A DNA stretch of 52,625 nt from an uncultured cyanobacterium (GCA_963807635.1 CAWEDJ010000055.1:1-52625), one strand, 5' to 3'; shown: positions 21,580 through 33,342, counted from the first letter of the stretch. A program made the numbers and translations. Notes: generated by a model not told the origin, from the letters alone.

Positions 21580-22361
21580 TGATACCTATTATATGTAACC
21601 GCTAAAAACCCTATGTACTTTAGAGTACCAGGGGGAAGCAGGGCGGGGATTACTACTTCCGTTAGATTATAAATTTGCAATTGTCAGCATTCTCTATCTT
21701 ATCGGAAGAGGCATACTCTACATAAATTTTCTCTGAATTTTGGCGATCGCGTTTTGCAAAAAAGTCGAAACCAGTGGACAGAATGAAAAATCGCCGATCA
21801 AAGGTGCAACTGACCGAAATTTTTCTCCCAAAAATCTGTTAAAGTCAGTTGATTGTTGTAATGACGCAGGGTTTTCATCAACAACTGCCAAACTTCACCC
21901 GCACTAACCCCATTGATTCTTCTAAAATAATGAACTTGAAATTATTTTATGCTTAATTTTTATTTGCTAATTCTTCAATTTATGACGGAAAGAGAGTGTA
22001 AAAGTCATGATCCCGAACAAGGTCAAAATTGCGATCACGAATAGGCATGGTTTATTTCTGAGAAAAAATCCTGACTAGCCCCGTAAAGCAAGCTCATGGC
22101 AGATTCATCAAAAATAAAAGAGCGATCGCCACCTAAAACCTGAGGTCAAGAACGGGGGATCGCCTATTCCAAAAGATGATCCCGATCTTTTCGATAAAAA
22201 AATCCCTTTAGCCTTGGAATATGAATCATCTTTACTAAAAAAAGAAGGGAACAAAATTATCATCAAAAACCGACATAACCTTTATCATTAGACATGATAG
22301 TTTTTAATGACCTATCAATTATGCTATTTTCACCACCATTTTTTGAACGATTAACAACGCC

Positions 22362-22865
22362 ATGACTGCCCTGCCTAAAGCATTTCCTCGCTCTCTACCG
22401 TCCCAAACCCGCCATACCAGCAAAAACAACCCGCGTTTAGTCTCTCGGAGAAACCGTTCCCAATCTCCTAACGCTGAACCGATTGACCTGACCCAACAGC
22501 CCTTGCCCACAGGATTACAGTTTTTGCTCCGTTTTCAGCAGGCAACTTCGATCGCGACCTTGGGATTAGTCGGTATTGCCTTGGCTGTGTATGGTTGGAC
22601 AGTCTATACTCCCAGAGCTTGGAGTCACGAGTTTAAAAAATTGCGGACTCTCCAAAGTCATGAACGTCAGCTAGTCGCGACCAATGAAATGTTGAAAAAT
22701 CAACTAGCTAAACAAGCAGAAAAACCGAATTCAGGTTTAATCCGCCCCAATCCCAATTACAATGTTTTTCTACCTAGTAGTCAGTCCATGGCCCCTGTGA
22801 CCCAGAAAACCTCAGATAATCCGTCTTCTAAACTGATGGTGAGTACCAAGCCCATCGCCTATTAA
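22362..22865 (+). CDS. FtsL-like cell division protein
   Basis: Single TM plus coiled coil, directly upstream of ftsI. Confidence 0.65.
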   Translation: MTALPKAFPRSLPSQTRHTSKNNPRLVSRRNRSQSPNAEPIDLTQQPLPTGLQFLLRFQQATSIATLGLVGIALAVYGWTVYTPRAWSHEFKKLRTLQSHERQLVATNEMLKNQLAKQAEKPNSGLIRPNPNYNVFLPSSQSMAPVTQKTSDNPSSKLMVSTKPIAY

Positions 22866-22970
22866 GGAACTATTTTTCCTAATTCCCCTAAATTTTAGTT
22901 TTCTACCATTGATGACATTTCGGATAACTAAACACCATGAATAATTGCACAACGGTTGTTGTTCCCCAGT

Positions 22971-24852
22971 ATGGCTTCCTCCCACTTTAAATCCACCCCC
23001 GCCCCAGGTAACCCTCGCCCCAGCCGTCAGTCCAAGGTCACTAAGTTGAAGCCCTCATCTGCTAAGACGAAAACGACCCCATCGACTCGCGATCGCAAAC
23101 TCAAATCAACGCCTTTACCGAAAACGAGATTATTGTCGGTCTGGGTGATTTTACTGGCAGGAATTTTGGGATTGGGCTACAAACTCTACCAGTTGCAAGT
23201 GATTCAAGGGGCTTCTTTACAGAAAAAAGCGCGTTCCCAGCAAACCACCAATCTGAAACCCTACATTCCCCGTCGTAGCATTATTGATAGCCTGGGGAAT
23301 GTGTTGGCAACGGACAACTTGATGTTTACCTTGTATGTTCATCCCAAGTTATTTAAAATTCCTCAAGCGGAGATGGCGGACAAATTAGCATTGATTCTGT
23401 CCAATGAAACACCCGATCGCTTAGTGAAGAAATTTCAAAAGCAAAAAAGTGGTATTAAACTCGCCACCCGTTTAAGTGAATCCCAAGCGACTAAGATTCA
23501 GGATCTGAAATTAGATGGATTAGAGCTAGAACAGCAGTATGCTCGTTTTTATCCCCAGGATGAAATGGCGGCAGAAGTGGTGGGATATGCCGATAACGAT
23601 CACCGAGGTCAAGCGGGAGTTGAATTAAGTCAACAGGAATTGTTAGAACGCAACGCCCTCAGTTTATATATCCGCCGTTCAGGACAGGGAACCATTTTAC
23701 CTGCATTTTTGCCCCAGGATTTGCTCCAGTCTAATGATTGGCAAGTTAAATTAACCCTAGATATGCGCTTACAGCGAGCCGCGAGGGAGTCCCTGAAGGA
23801 ACAATTAAAGGCCTTCAAAGCTAAACGGGGAACGGTGATGATCATGGATGCAATGGATGGAGCTATCCTCGCAATGGTCAATGAACCGACTTTTAATCCG
23901 AATCAATATAGTCAGGCCAAGGTTGAGTTATTCAAAAACTGGTCAGTCAGTGACCTCTATGAGCCAGGTTCGACCCTCAAGCCCGTCAATGTCGCGATCG
24001 CGCTCAACGCTAAAGCCATTACCCCCGAAACAACGGTTAATGATGGGGGTTCAGTCAGAGTCGGCCCCTGGACAATTTCCAATGCCGACAAATCTGGGGG
24101 AGGAACCGTTGATGTTGCTCATATCATCCAATATTCTAGTAATGTCGGTATGGTCGGTTTGATGAGTCACCTCAAACCAGATGACTATTACACACGCTTA
24201 CAGGCAGTTGGTTTAGATAGTAAAACGGGAATTGATTTACCAGGAGAAGTCGCCAGCTACCTGAAACCCCGCGAAGAATTTGTGAATCAACCCATTGAAC
24301 CTGCGACTACCTCTTTTGGCCAAGGACTTTCTCTCACCCCCGTTAAATTACTACAACTCCACGCGGCCCTCGCTAACGGAGGACGATTAGTGACTCCCCA
24401 TGTTGTCAGAGGCTTAGTCGATGCGGGCGGAACCCTCCACTGGAAACCGAACTATCCAGAGAAAAATATTTTCACCCCCCAAGATTCCTATCGAGTGGTA
24501 CAGATGATGGAAAATGTCGTCACCAAAGGAACCGCAAAAGCCGCTCGTATTGACGGTTATCGCATTGGGGGTAAAACAGGAACCGCCGAAAAAGCTGCCC
24601 AGGGGAGGATATTCTGCGACGGCGAAAATTACCAGTTTTATCGCAATTTTACCCGTTGAAAAACCCCGTTATGTTGTCCTTGCGGTTGTAGATGAACCCC
24701 AGGGCGGAAATACTTTCGGGGGAACCGTTGCGGCTCCGATTGTTAAAAAAGTGATGGAAGCCTTAATTGCAATTAAAGGGATTCCACCTTCTTCTGCGGC
24801 GGCGATCAACCATTTAGATCCTGTCACCGACAAGGAAACTAAGCCCCAGTAA
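22971..24852 (+). CDS. ftsI: Penicillin-binding protein FtsI/PBP3 (frameshift ~24600)
   Basis: YEPGSTLK (SxxK), SSNVG (SxN), GGKTGTA (KTG); C-terminus in ORF 24514..24852. Confidence 0.9.
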
Positions 24853-24958
24853 GTCTTTTGGATTAAAATAAATCATCAGCCAATTAAAAACGCTCAATCT
24901 TTTCCTTAAAGAGGATTTATGGTGGTATTCATATAAGTAAAGTATGACCAAACCTTAA

Positions 24959-24986
24959 TTAACAAGGGGCTTAAGCCCCTTGCCTA
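24959..24986. repeat. Palindromic REP TTAACAAGGGGCTTAAGCCCCTTGCCT
   Basis: Perfect 20-bp palindrome CAAGGGGCTTAAGCCCCTTG, identical at 32561, 33347, 34802 and 52567. Confidence 0.9.
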
Positions 24987-25009
24987 GACCTTGATACAAC
25001 TGCACACCG

Positions 25010-25954
25010 CTATAAAATAACCTGAATTCCCTTATTCGTTAATTGAGTTACCCAAAAATCTAAAGTTGGATCGCCTATTTCAGATTCCGCTTGATGGCGA
25101 ATTTGTTGGGCTTCGGATTCCGATTGACAAAGGGTAAAAACCGTTGGCCCTGAGCCTGACATCATCGTTCCTAAACCACCTGCTTCGGCTAAAATTTTTC
25201 TTAACTTAGCAACTGATTCATATTCGGGTAAAACCACTTTTTCGAGGTCATTGTAGAGTAATTGACCAATTTTTTGAGGATTTTTATGAACAATGGCAGA
25301 AACCAACGGCCCTGAATGAATTTCTGATGTGCGAGACTGGATGTCACTGTTTTCTTGTAAATAATTAGTCTTAAATTGCTGACGATAGGTTTGATAGGCC
25401 CAGGGCGTTGAAACGGCAATATTTCGATATTTAGCTAACACAATCCAGAGGTTATCTAAATCTTTGATCGGGTCTAATTTTTCCCCTCGACCTGTGGCGA
25501 TCGCGGTTCCGCCAGCAATACAAAACGGCACATCCGATCCCAGTTGAGCCGCTAGGGTTTGTAATTCGGGTTGAGTCAAGCCCAATTGCCAGAGTAAATC
25601 CAGTCCAACGAGAACTGCCGCCGCATCCGTTGAACCTCCCGCGAGTCCAGCCGCAATGGGAATGCGTTTGTCGAGGGTAATATCCATTCCACCTAAATTC
25701 GCGTAAATTTTAGGGAAATTTTCAGTCATTAATTTAGCGGCACGATAGGCCAAATTACTTTCATCTAGAGGCACATCGGGATGAGGACAAAAGAGACGAA
25801 TTTTTTCTGTTCCATTGGCTCGTACTTCTATCTGATCCGCGACTTCAATACTCTGTAAAATCATGATCAATTCATGATAACCATCGGGGCGATCGCCTAA
25901 AATTTCTAAATAAAGATTAATTTTTGCTGGGGCTAAAAGAGTATAGGAGCGCAT
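25010..25954 (-). CDS. ispE: 4-(cytidine 5'-diphospho)-2-C-methyl-D-erythritol kinase
   Basis: [43 protein letters not shown]. Confidence 0.96.
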   Translation of the reverse strand: MRSYTLLAPAKINLYLEILGDRPDGYHELIMILQSIEVADQIEVRANGTEKIRLFCPHPDVPLDESNLAYRAAKLMTENFPKIYANLGGMDITLDKRIPIAAGLAGGSTDAAAVLVGLDLLWQLGLTQPELQTLAAQLGSDVPFCIAGGTAIATGRGEKLDPIKDLDNLWIVLAKYRNIAVSTPWAYQTYRQQFKTNYLQENSDIQSRTSEIHSGPLVSAIVHKNPQKIGQLLYNDLEKVVLPEYESVAKLRKILAEAGGLGTMMSGSGPTVFTLCQSESEAQQIRHQAESEIGDPTLDFWVTQLTNKGIQVIL

Positions 25955-25993
25955 AATAATTAATGATCAGAGTTAAATTTAATTCAAATTAAT

Positions 25994-26815
25994 TCAAAGC
26001 AAAGTTTCTAATAAATTACTCAGCTCGATCCAGTGTCGCAAACTGAGTTCTTCCGCCCTTGCTTGGGGTTCGATGCCCAGTTGTTCTAAAATAGTCGAGA
26101 CGCGATCGCTGTCTAAAAGACTTTTTAAATTATTGCGTAACATCTTACGACGAGTAGCAAAGCCTAATTTAACTAATTGGTCTAAAAAACGAGGATTACT
26201 CGCAGGATTTTCGATCTGGTAGGGAGAAAGACGAACAATGGCTGAATCAACTTTCGGGGGTGGTTCAAAGGCAGTTCTGGGGACATCGGCAATCCAATCA
26301 CATTGGGCTAAATATTGCACCCGAACCGATAATGCTCCATAGGCTTTTGTGCCAGGTTGACCGACTAATCTTTCTGCGACTTCTTTTTGCATTAATAATA
26401 CCATCTGTTCATAGGCTGGTTGATGGGGTTGGGCAATTGTCCCTAAAAGCTTTTCTAAAATGGGGCCTGTGATATTGTAGGGGATATTAGCGACAACTTT
26501 ATTGAGGGGTTGAAACTGGGGAAATTCTCTTAATTGCGCTATTAAATCTAATTCTAAAATATCTCCTTGTAACAGCAAAAAATTCTCTTTTTGTCCAAAA
26601 CTTTTTACTAATCTTTGGCACAAATCGCGGTCGATTTCGACGGAAACTAATGATGCAATCTGGGGTAATAAACGACGGGTCAGAATGCCTGTGCCTGGCC
26701 CAATTTCTAGTAGGCGATCGCCCTTGCTTAACTCAGCCGCTGTAACAATTTGAGAGAGGGCTTTTTCACTCCGTAACCAGTGTTGGCCAAAACGTTTGCG
26801 GGGACGAAAATTCAT
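25994..26815 (-). CDS. rsmA: 16S rRNA m6,2A dimethyltransferase
   Basis: KRFGQHWL, LEIGPGTG, VANIPYNIT, PPPKVDS. Confidence 0.96.
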   Translation of the reverse strand: MNFRPRKRFGQHWLRSEKALSQIVTAAELSKGDRLLEIGPGTGILTRRLLPQIASLVSVEIDRDLCQRLVKSFGQKENFLLLQGDILELDLIAQLREFPQFQPLNKVVANIPYNITGPILEKLLGTIAQPHQPAYEQMVLLMQKEVAERLVGQPGTKAYGALSVRVQYLAQCDWIADVPRTAFEPPPKVDSAIVRLSPYQIENPASNPRFLDQLVKLGFATRRKMLRNNLKSLLDSDRVSTILEQLGIEPQARAEELSLRHWIELSNLLETLL

Positions 26816-26908
26816 GGATTAAGCTCAGTGCAGAAAATCAGGCCAATTTGCGCCTAGACTATCATAGAGGTTTTGGGGAATTCCTAGATAGGAGGATTGA
26901 AGTGACCT

Positions 26909-27307
26909 ATGTTATTTCTAAGTAAATCTTTTGACGGCACTTTGGCCATCACTGGCTTGATTTTGACCGCGATCGCCGTTATGCCCCAAACAATCAGAGC
27001 AGAAAGTGTTGGGGATAAAATTACCTTTGATTTGTCGGCGATTTCTCCCGCAGGATTAATCGGGAATCAGCAGAGCCTACAATCGGTCGGTTACGAATTT
27101 TGTATCCCCGCTCAAGCAGATAAGGTAAATGAGGTGAAAGAGATCGATCCGACGGTTCAATTTTCCCGTAGTCGAGGACGCATCGGTTGTCAGAGCAATC
27201 AATATCTCTGCATTGGTGAAACCCATCAACCAGGCTGGAAAACCGTTTTATTAAAATTAGCCGAGCTTGATTATGTGAAAAGAATTGATCAGTTTTGGGG
27301 AGAATAG
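26909..27307 (+). CDS. Hypothetical secreted protein
   Basis: Signal-like N-terminus; YEFCIP...SRGRIGC...YLCIG. Confidence 0.75.
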   Translation: MLFLSKSFDGTLAITGLILTAIAVMPQTIRAESVGDKITFDLSAISPAGLIGNQQSLQSVGYEFCIPAQADKVNEVKEIDPTVQFSRSRGRIGCQSNQYLCIGETHQPGWKTVLLKLAELDYVKRIDQFWGE

Positions 27308-27469
27308 CCCAGAAATTCTATTGTCAATGAAATCCCGCCGCCGCTGAACTTGGAATAGCGATCGCATTTTGGACGCTACAACGCCAGAGGAGACCGCCAT
27401 TACCTGCTAGGATAAGCCCTAAAATAGGTTAGATTATAGCAAAATTAAGTTATTGAGACTTTTAACAAA

Positions 27470-28543
27470 ATGAATATTAAACACAAAAATAGTAAAGTTA
27501 ATTTGTTACTCCTCGTCATTGCCGCGATCGGCATCATGGGCGGTATCTCCTGGGGAATTCTTCAGGTATTGGGGGGTAATATCAAACCCGTTACCTCGGA
27601 AACGAAACAAAATAATCCCTCTGTTCCTATCAATTTGAATAATGCCGCTAATCTGGATTCTGCCCAATCCTTTGAAAATGTTATCAATGTCCCCAATGGT
27701 CTATTTAGTAATGGGGGAAGTACCACCTGGGCGGTCATTAGAGCAACTGTTAATCCCGTGATCGCCAAAGCTTGGCCCCAATTTCAAATTCGTTATACTG
27801 ACCCGCCGACGGGTTCGCCTGGTTCAAGCCAGGGGATTAAAATGCTTTTGCAAGATCAACTTTCCTTTGCCGAATCTTCCCGCTCTTTAACTATTGAAGA
27901 ATATCAAAATGCCGTTGAACGGGGCTTTAAATTAAAACAAATTCCCGTTGCCATTGATGGCCTGGCGATCGCCGTCAATCCAGACTTAAGCCTCAAAGGA
28001 ATCACCCTGAATCAATTAAAAGAGATTTATACAGGCAAAATCACCAATTGGAGACAACTGGGCGGCCCTAACTTACCGATTACAGCCTATTCCCGCTCTC
28101 CAGAGACGGGGGGAACCATCGATTTTTTTCAGGAAAATATTTTACAAAGTCAGCCCTTGGGTAACCAGATTCAATTTGTTCGTGATACCACCGAAGGATT
28201 GAGAAATGTGGGGAGAAATCGGGGCGGAATTTACTACGCTTCAGCCTCCGCCGTCGTTCCCCAATGTACGGTTAAAGCTATTCCCCTGGGACGGACTCTG
28301 ACTAGCCTAATTTCTGCCTACAAAGAACCCGCCATTCCTGCCTCTCAATGTCCCACCCAGCGCAATCAAGTGAATCAGCAAGATTTTAAAACGGGTAAAT
28401 ATCCCATTACTCGCCGTTTATTCGTTATCGTTAAAGAAAATGGACAGCCAGATGAACAAGCTGGAAATGCCTACGCTACCCTTCTCTTAACCAACGAGGG
28501 GCAAGATCTGATTCAACAAGCGGGATTTGTGAAAATTCGTTAG
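27470..28543 (+). CDS. PstS-like phosphate-binding (PBP2) protein
   Basis: GGSTT, GSSQGI, PVAIDGLAIAVNP, IYTGKITNW, YPITRRLF. Confidence 0.85.
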   Translation: MNIKHKNSKVNLLLLVIAAIGIMGGISWGILQVLGGNIKPVTSETKQNNPSVPINLNNAANLDSAQSFENVINVPNGLFSNGGSTTWAVIRATVNPVIAKAWPQFQIRYTDPPTGSPGSSQGIKMLLQDQLSFAESSRSLTIEEYQNAVERGFKLKQIPVAIDGLAIAVNPDLSLKGITLNQLKEIYTGKITNWRQLGGPNLPITAYSRSPETGGTIDFFQENILQSQPLGNQIQFVRDTTEGLRNVGRNRGGIYYASASAVVPQCTVKAIPLGRTLTSLISAYKEPAIPASQCPTQRNQVNQQDFKTGKYPITRRLFVIVKENGQPDEQAGNAYATLLLTNEGQDLIQQAGFVKIR

Positions 28544-28564
28544 TTCAATAGAAAAGATAATTCT

Positions 28565-29470
28565 ATGTCTCAATCCAAAGAAACTGGCATTTTAGTGCTT
28601 TCCCTCCTGATTACAGGGGCAATTTTGGGCGGAGGAGTCTGGTTTTTTACCCGTAATGCGAATGTCTCTTCCCAACCCCAATCTTCTCCATCTCTGCCTT
28701 CTCCTCCTAAGCCGACGGATGTGAGTGTTTTAGGGGAACCGACCCAGGTTGCTAAGGGGACTCAAATTAAAATTGATGGCTCAACCAGTATGGTAGGCAT
28801 TAACGAAGCTCTAAAAAATAACTTTGAGCAAAAGTTTCCAGGTACGTTGATCCAGACCGATGCCAAGGGAACCGATAAGGGAATTTTAGGACTATTAACG
28901 GGAGCGATCGATATTGCGGCAATTTCCCGTCCTCTGACTGCCCAGGAACAGGCCCAGGGTTTAGCGGCTATTCCCATTGCCAAGGATGCGATCGCGATCA
29001 TGGTAGGTCAAGACAACCTCTTTAGGAAGGGATTAACCCAGGAACAAATTAAAGATATTTTTCAGGGAAAAATCACCAATTGGTCACAGGTGGGCGGCAA
29101 GGATGCTCCCATTAAAGTGATTAATCGCCCCCCGATTAGCGGAACCTATCAAACGTTTCAAGCCCTAGTATTAGGCGGAGAAAATTTTGGGAATACCCCC
29201 AACTTTATTAACCTAGAACGAGATGCCACAACCCCTATTTTGCAAGCCTTGGGAAAAGACGGCATTAGTTACGCGACCTACGCCCAAATTATTAATCAGC
29301 AAACTGTCCGTGCGATCGCGATAGAAGGACTCACTCCTGAAGCGAACAATTATCCCTACGTCCGCACCCTCTACTACGCCTATAAAAATCCCCTCAAATC
29401 CTCCGTCAAAGATTTTTTGGGTTACGCCACCTCTCCCACAGGACAAGACGCAGTGAATAGTGTTGAATAA
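28565..29470 (+). CDS. PstS-like phosphate-binding (PBP2) protein
   Basis: IDGSTSM, DIAAISR, DAIAI, IFQGKITNW, SGTYQTF. Confidence 0.85.
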   Translation: MSQSKETGILVLSLLITGAILGGGVWFFTRNANVSSQPQSSPSLPSPPKPTDVSVLGEPTQVAKGTQIKIDGSTSMVGINEALKNNFEQKFPGTLIQTDAKGTDKGILGLLTGAIDIAAISRPLTAQEQAQGLAAIPIAKDAIAIMVGQDNLFRKGLTQEQIKDIFQGKITNWSQVGGKDAPIKVINRPPISGTYQTFQALVLGGENFGNTPNFINLERDATTPILQALGKDGISYATYAQIINQQTVRAIAIEGLTPEANNYPYVRTLYYAYKNPLKSSVKDFLGYATSPTGQDAVNSVE

Positions 29471-29483
29471 AATCCCAATTCAA

Positions 29484-29768
29484 TTAACTCCAATCCTCTG
29501 GTTCATCCCCTTTTTTGGGTTGATAGGCCTGGCCCGTTGCATATAATTGGCGCGTTTGTTCAAATAAGGTTTCTTCTGTTAGCTGCCAATTCTGGAGAAC
29601 CCTTTGCAAATTTTTTTGAATTTCCCTAGCCCCAGGAAAATTGTTATAACGAATCAACAAACGAGCAAGATCTGCCAAGTTTTTCGGCTCAGGCGGACTC
29701 TCTAATAAGCGATTAACCACTTCACCATCTTTTCTAGCTTGCGGATGGGTTTGATCAAGACCTACCAT
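29484..29768 (-). CDS. Conserved cyanobacterial hypothetical protein (DUF3288-like)
   Basis: DQTHPQ..LARLLIRY..FPGAREIQ..W.LTEE.LF. Confidence 0.75.
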   Translation of the reverse strand: MVGLDQTHPQARKDGEVVNRLLESPPEPKNLADLARLLIRYNNFPGAREIQKNLQRVLQNWQLTEETLFEQTRQLYATGQAYQPKKGDEPEDWS

Positions 29769-29791
29769 GATTAAAATACCTCCTTTTATTC

Positions 29792-30703
29792 CTAAACATA
29801 AAGAGCTACTTTCTGTAAAAATTCCTCTGCAAATTTCAAGAAAGCCTTAGATCCCTGACTATTGGGCATGGCCGAAACAACGGGCATAAAACTATCCACC
29901 GCTTTTGCTACATTTACATCCATTGGAATATTATTATTAAATAATTGATAGGGTTGGAAATCTTCTTTTACTCTCCGCATGACTTGATTATAATAACGAC
30001 TCAACAAACCCCCTCCCGACATAATAAAAACTACGCCAACTAAGTTTATCTTTAAAGGATATTCCGAATTTTTATGACTTTCTTTTAGCTTGACAATTCT
30101 TCTTTCTAATAACTGAATTCCGACAATAGATAAGGGTTCAGGACGCGCAGGTAATAAATAAAAATTACTAGCCGCGATCGCGCTCCGAGTTAAGAGATTG
30201 TAACCAGGGGCGCAGTCCATAATCACAAAATCATACTCATCCATCACGGGATCTAAAATCTTTTTAATTAAAACCGATTCAAATTTATTCCAAACTGATT
30301 CAAAATTTATGCCTTCATTTAACTGAGCTTCTTTGTGGAGCATTTCCGACACTAAATATTCATCGTATAACTCAATATCACCAGGCAATAATTCCAAACC
30401 TTCAATATCACAAACCGCAGGACAAATAATATCAAATACATCCAACTTACTGTGGGGATTGGGTTGAATAATATTATCAATTAAATAACTCAGGGTTTTA
30501 CGTTTTTTACGGGTTTGGGCAAATTCATGGGGAGACATCAAACTCAATGTCGCACTAATTTGAGCATCTAAATCTAAGACTAAAACTCGTTTTTGATGAT
30601 ATTTTGCCAAACAAGTTGCCAGGTTAACCGTTAGGGTTGTTTTTCCCACGCCGCCTTTCATATTGACGGTGCTAATCACTAAGGCCATTGAGCGCATCCC
30701 CAA
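29792..30703 (-). CDS. parA: ParA-family ATPase
   Basis: Deviant Walker A KGGVGKTT, DLDAQ, DCAPG. Confidence 0.85.
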   Translation of the reverse strand: MGMRSMALVISTVNMKGGVGKTTLTVNLATCLAKYHQKRVLVLDLDAQISATLSLMSPHEFAQTRKKRKTLSYLIDNIIQPNPHSKLDVFDIICPAVCDIEGLELLPGDIELYDEYLVSEMLHKEAQLNEGINFESVWNKFESVLIKKILDPVMDEYDFVIMDCAPGYNLLTRSAIAASNFYLLPARPEPLSIVGIQLLERRIVKLKESHKNSEYPLKINLVGVVFIMSGGGLLSRYYNQVMRRVKEDFQPYQLFNNNIPMDVNVAKAVDSFMPVVSAMPNSQGSKAFLKFAEEFLQKVALYV

Positions 30704-30754
30704 AAATGTCTTCAGTCAGTTTATCAGACTATTGTTAAAATATATTTTTGCGAA

Positions 30755-31726
30755 TTAGTACAGGCGACTTAAAACATAATCCGCTAACTCAAACAGCGAT
30801 CGCGACGCACCCGATGGCTTAAGACATTCAAGTTGCTTAACGGCGAGTTTAGCGTGGTAGCCCGCTAACTCCCTAGCTCGATCAATTCCCTGACTTTCAT
30901 TGACAATCTGCAACGCCTGTTCAATATCTCCTTTTTGCTTAAATTCGCGATCAATTAGGGTTACCAACTCAGGATTTTCTTCCATTGCAAACAACACAGG
31001 AGCGGTAATATTACCACTAATCAAATCAGAACCCGCAGGTTTTCCTAAAACTTCCGTTGGAGAAGTGAAATCTAGAATATCATCTACAATCTGGAACGCC
31101 AATCCTAAATCACGTCCATAGCCATATAATTGCTCGGCAGTTTCGTCTGACACATCACTCAAAACCCCCGCCGCTTTAGCACTATTGGCAATCAAAGAAG
31201 CGGTTTTATAATAGCTTTTTTCTAAATAGGATTCGAGGGAAATATCCACATCAAAACGATTAATACTCTGTAAAATTTCTCCTTCAGCAAAATCTCGAAT
31301 CACCTCTGAAAGTAACTTGACGACTTGTAAATTATCCAAATTAGCCAAATACCAAGAAGATTGAGCAAACAGAAAATCCCCTGCCAACACCGCAATGCGA
31401 TTATCAAATAAATTATTAACCGTCGGCACATTTCGCCGCAGATCTGCCTCGTCAACTACATCATCATGAACTAGGCTTGCTGTATGAATCATCTCCGTAA
31501 TTTCAGCCAAACGCCGATGACGGGGAGTAAGATCTTGATCCAGCATGGTCGCCCGCGACACCAACAACACAATCGCTGGACGCAGGCGTTTTCCCCCCGC
31601 CTCAAATAAATGTTCTGCCGCCGCCCCTAGAATCGGGTGACGCGCACTAATAAGCTGCTTAAGATTGTCCGTCAAGAGACGCAAATCAAGTTCCACAGGG
31701 TCAAAGAGGGAGGTGCTGGAAATCAT
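30755..31726 (-). CDS. sds: Solanesyl diphosphate synthase
   Basis: GGKRLRP, HDDVVD and QIVDDILD aspartate-rich motifs. Confidence 0.92.
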   Translation of the reverse strand: MISSTSLFDPVELDLRLLTDNLKQLISARHPILGAAAEHLFEAGGKRLRPAIVLLVSRATMLDQDLTPRHRRLAEITEMIHTASLVHDDVVDEADLRRNVPTVNNLFDNRIAVLAGDFLFAQSSWYLANLDNLQVVKLLSEVIRDFAEGEILQSINRFDVDISLESYLEKSYYKTASLIANSAKAAGVLSDVSDETAEQLYGYGRDLGLAFQIVDDILDFTSPTEVLGKPAGSDLISGNITAPVLFAMEENPELVTLIDREFKQKGDIEQALQIVNESQGIDRARELAGYHAKLAVKQLECLKPSGASRSLFELADYVLSRLY

Positions 31727-32283
31727 CGGTTAGCCAGGTCTGGCAGATTTTAGTTACGAAAGTTTACATAGATTAATACTTATTTTAAGATAACCTTTCC
31801 AGTCCCGAAAATGTCGATTCTCCTTTTTTGGATTTGTCGGAGTTGGAATCTGCCCTGAAAAAGATTTCCCTATGGGTAAATTTTATTGACAGGCCACGTT
31901 TCTGTGTTAGTCTGTAGGTAGGGATTTGAAGAGCTTTACGTTTTTCTGAAAGTTCCCAAAAAGTCTTTTGGCTTTGAGGGTTTGCAAGTTAGGGCGTGAG
32001 TCTAGCATTTTTGCCTGATATCCGCAAATAAGAGAAATTCTTTCTGTCGGTTGAGTTGGCTCAGGACATGGACGAGTAGAACATTTTCTAGGGCTACCGC
32101 TCCATAGCAAGGAACGGTTAAAAATCTTAACAGGGTATGAAGAGCTAAGTCATTTGATTAGCTTGTTTTTCGCACTCGTTATTGTTGAACATAGGGAACA
32201 AACAAGCAAGTCTTTATAAGGATTTGTTGGTTTCCTTTTGTTTATTATTGTTGAACTTATAAATACTTACTAGGAACAAGGAA

Positions 32284-32391
32284 ATGATTGTAGTCCAAAT
32301 TTTGGCATTGGCTGCCGCTTATTTATTGATTGTTTATGTTTCGTTGGTTATTGCTAAACGATTAAAAAATACCAAACAAGGTCAATATTAA
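32284..32391 (+). CDS. 35-aa single-TM small protein
   Basis: MIVVQILALAAAYLLIVYVSLVIAKRLKNTKQGQY; purine-rich sequence upstream; TM followed by basic residues. Confidence 0.5.
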   Translation: MIVVQILALAAAYLLIVYVSLVIAKRLKNTKQGQY

Positions 32392-32556
32392 TTATTTTAG
32401 TATTGGCATTTGAGTATAGTTTGTTGATCAATGGTTAAAGATTCTACGGTATCTAGGGCTTCTTGAAAAGTGGGATAAGTTTTGAGGAGTTCAGGAAACA
32501 AGTCAGATTTAAGCAGGATAGGCAAAAACGTCAACCGCGATCGCCTTCTGGATTAA

Positions 32557-32584
32557 TAGGCAAGGGGCTTAAGCCCCTTGTTAA
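32557..32584. repeat. Palindromic REP (reverse orientation), abutting the RAYT stop codon
   Basis: TAGGCAAGGGGCTTAAGCCCCTTGTTAA. Confidence 0.9.
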
Positions 32585-33282
32585 ATTAGGGTAAACAGAT
32601 TATTAATAGAGGTGCAGCTTTCTTTTATAATCGCTTTTAACGATTTTAGATTTTTTTCAGGTAGTCCTTTTTCCCAGGTCGTAATTAATTCTGTTCCCCA
32701 ACGTTCAGTATGTTTGATATGATTCTCTGAAATATACTTGATGATATTGCTTAGAGAATTTTCGTCTTCAATAGGTTTTCGATTAAATTTCTGTCCCCAA
32801 ACAGATTGTCCTTTTTCCCAATTACGCGATCGCTGAAACTCAAAAGAGGTAAAACCTTTAATTTTTCGGATGTATTCTCCTAATTCTTTTTCAGCTTTTG
32901 CTAGAATGACTAAGTGAACATGATCAGGAAGAACATTGAAAGTAATGACAGATAAGCTATATTTTTTGATTGCTTCTGCTATTTTCTCTGCGATAAAGAG
33001 TTGATCTTCTGCTGAAAAAATAAGAGGTTCACCTGTTGCGACTCCATAGACAACCATTCTTTCGGAAATACGAGAGTTATGGGTTACGAAAGTTATAAAC
33101 CAGAGTCTCTTTTCTTCAAAAATATCAGTTTTTAAAATTTTATCCTGTGTGTTTAACAAGGGTCTTAAACTATTTGCCTGTTGTGAATGCTCAATTTGGG
33201 AGTCATTGGGTAGGCTTTTAGAAATGTTTGATAAGACAGTTTTAGCAGTCATTTCAAAGTTTTTAATTGAAAATTTCAGCAA
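32581..33282 (-). CDS. REP-associated HUH tyrosine transposase (RAYT / IS200-like Y1)
   Basis: WFITFVTH, VLPDHVHLV (HUH), KIKGFTS, VWGQKF, KYISEN (catalytic Tyr); flanked by inverted REP copies. Confidence 0.85.
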   Translation of the reverse strand: MLKFSIKNFEMTAKTVLSNISKSLPNDSQIEHSQQANSLRPLLNTQDKILKTDIFEEKRLWFITFVTHNSRISERMVVYGVATGEPLIFSAEDQLFIAEKIAEAIKKYSLSVITFNVLPDHVHLVILAKAEKELGEYIRKIKGFTSFEFQRSRNWEKGQSVWGQKFNRKPIEDENSLSNIIKYISENHIKHTERWGTELITTWEKGLPEKNLKSLKAIIKESCTSINNLFTLI

Positions 33283-33342
33283 CCATTCTGTAAAGAACTA
33301 ATTTTGAAGTTGTAGTTGAAGGTTATTGGTTTAGTTTTTAGT

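Noticed and set aside
21580..22361. ncRNA or riboswitch in the long acpP-ftsL intergenic region
   Set aside because: No recognisable RNA family or strong structure by eye; consistent with divergent promoters. An Rfam scan would be needed.
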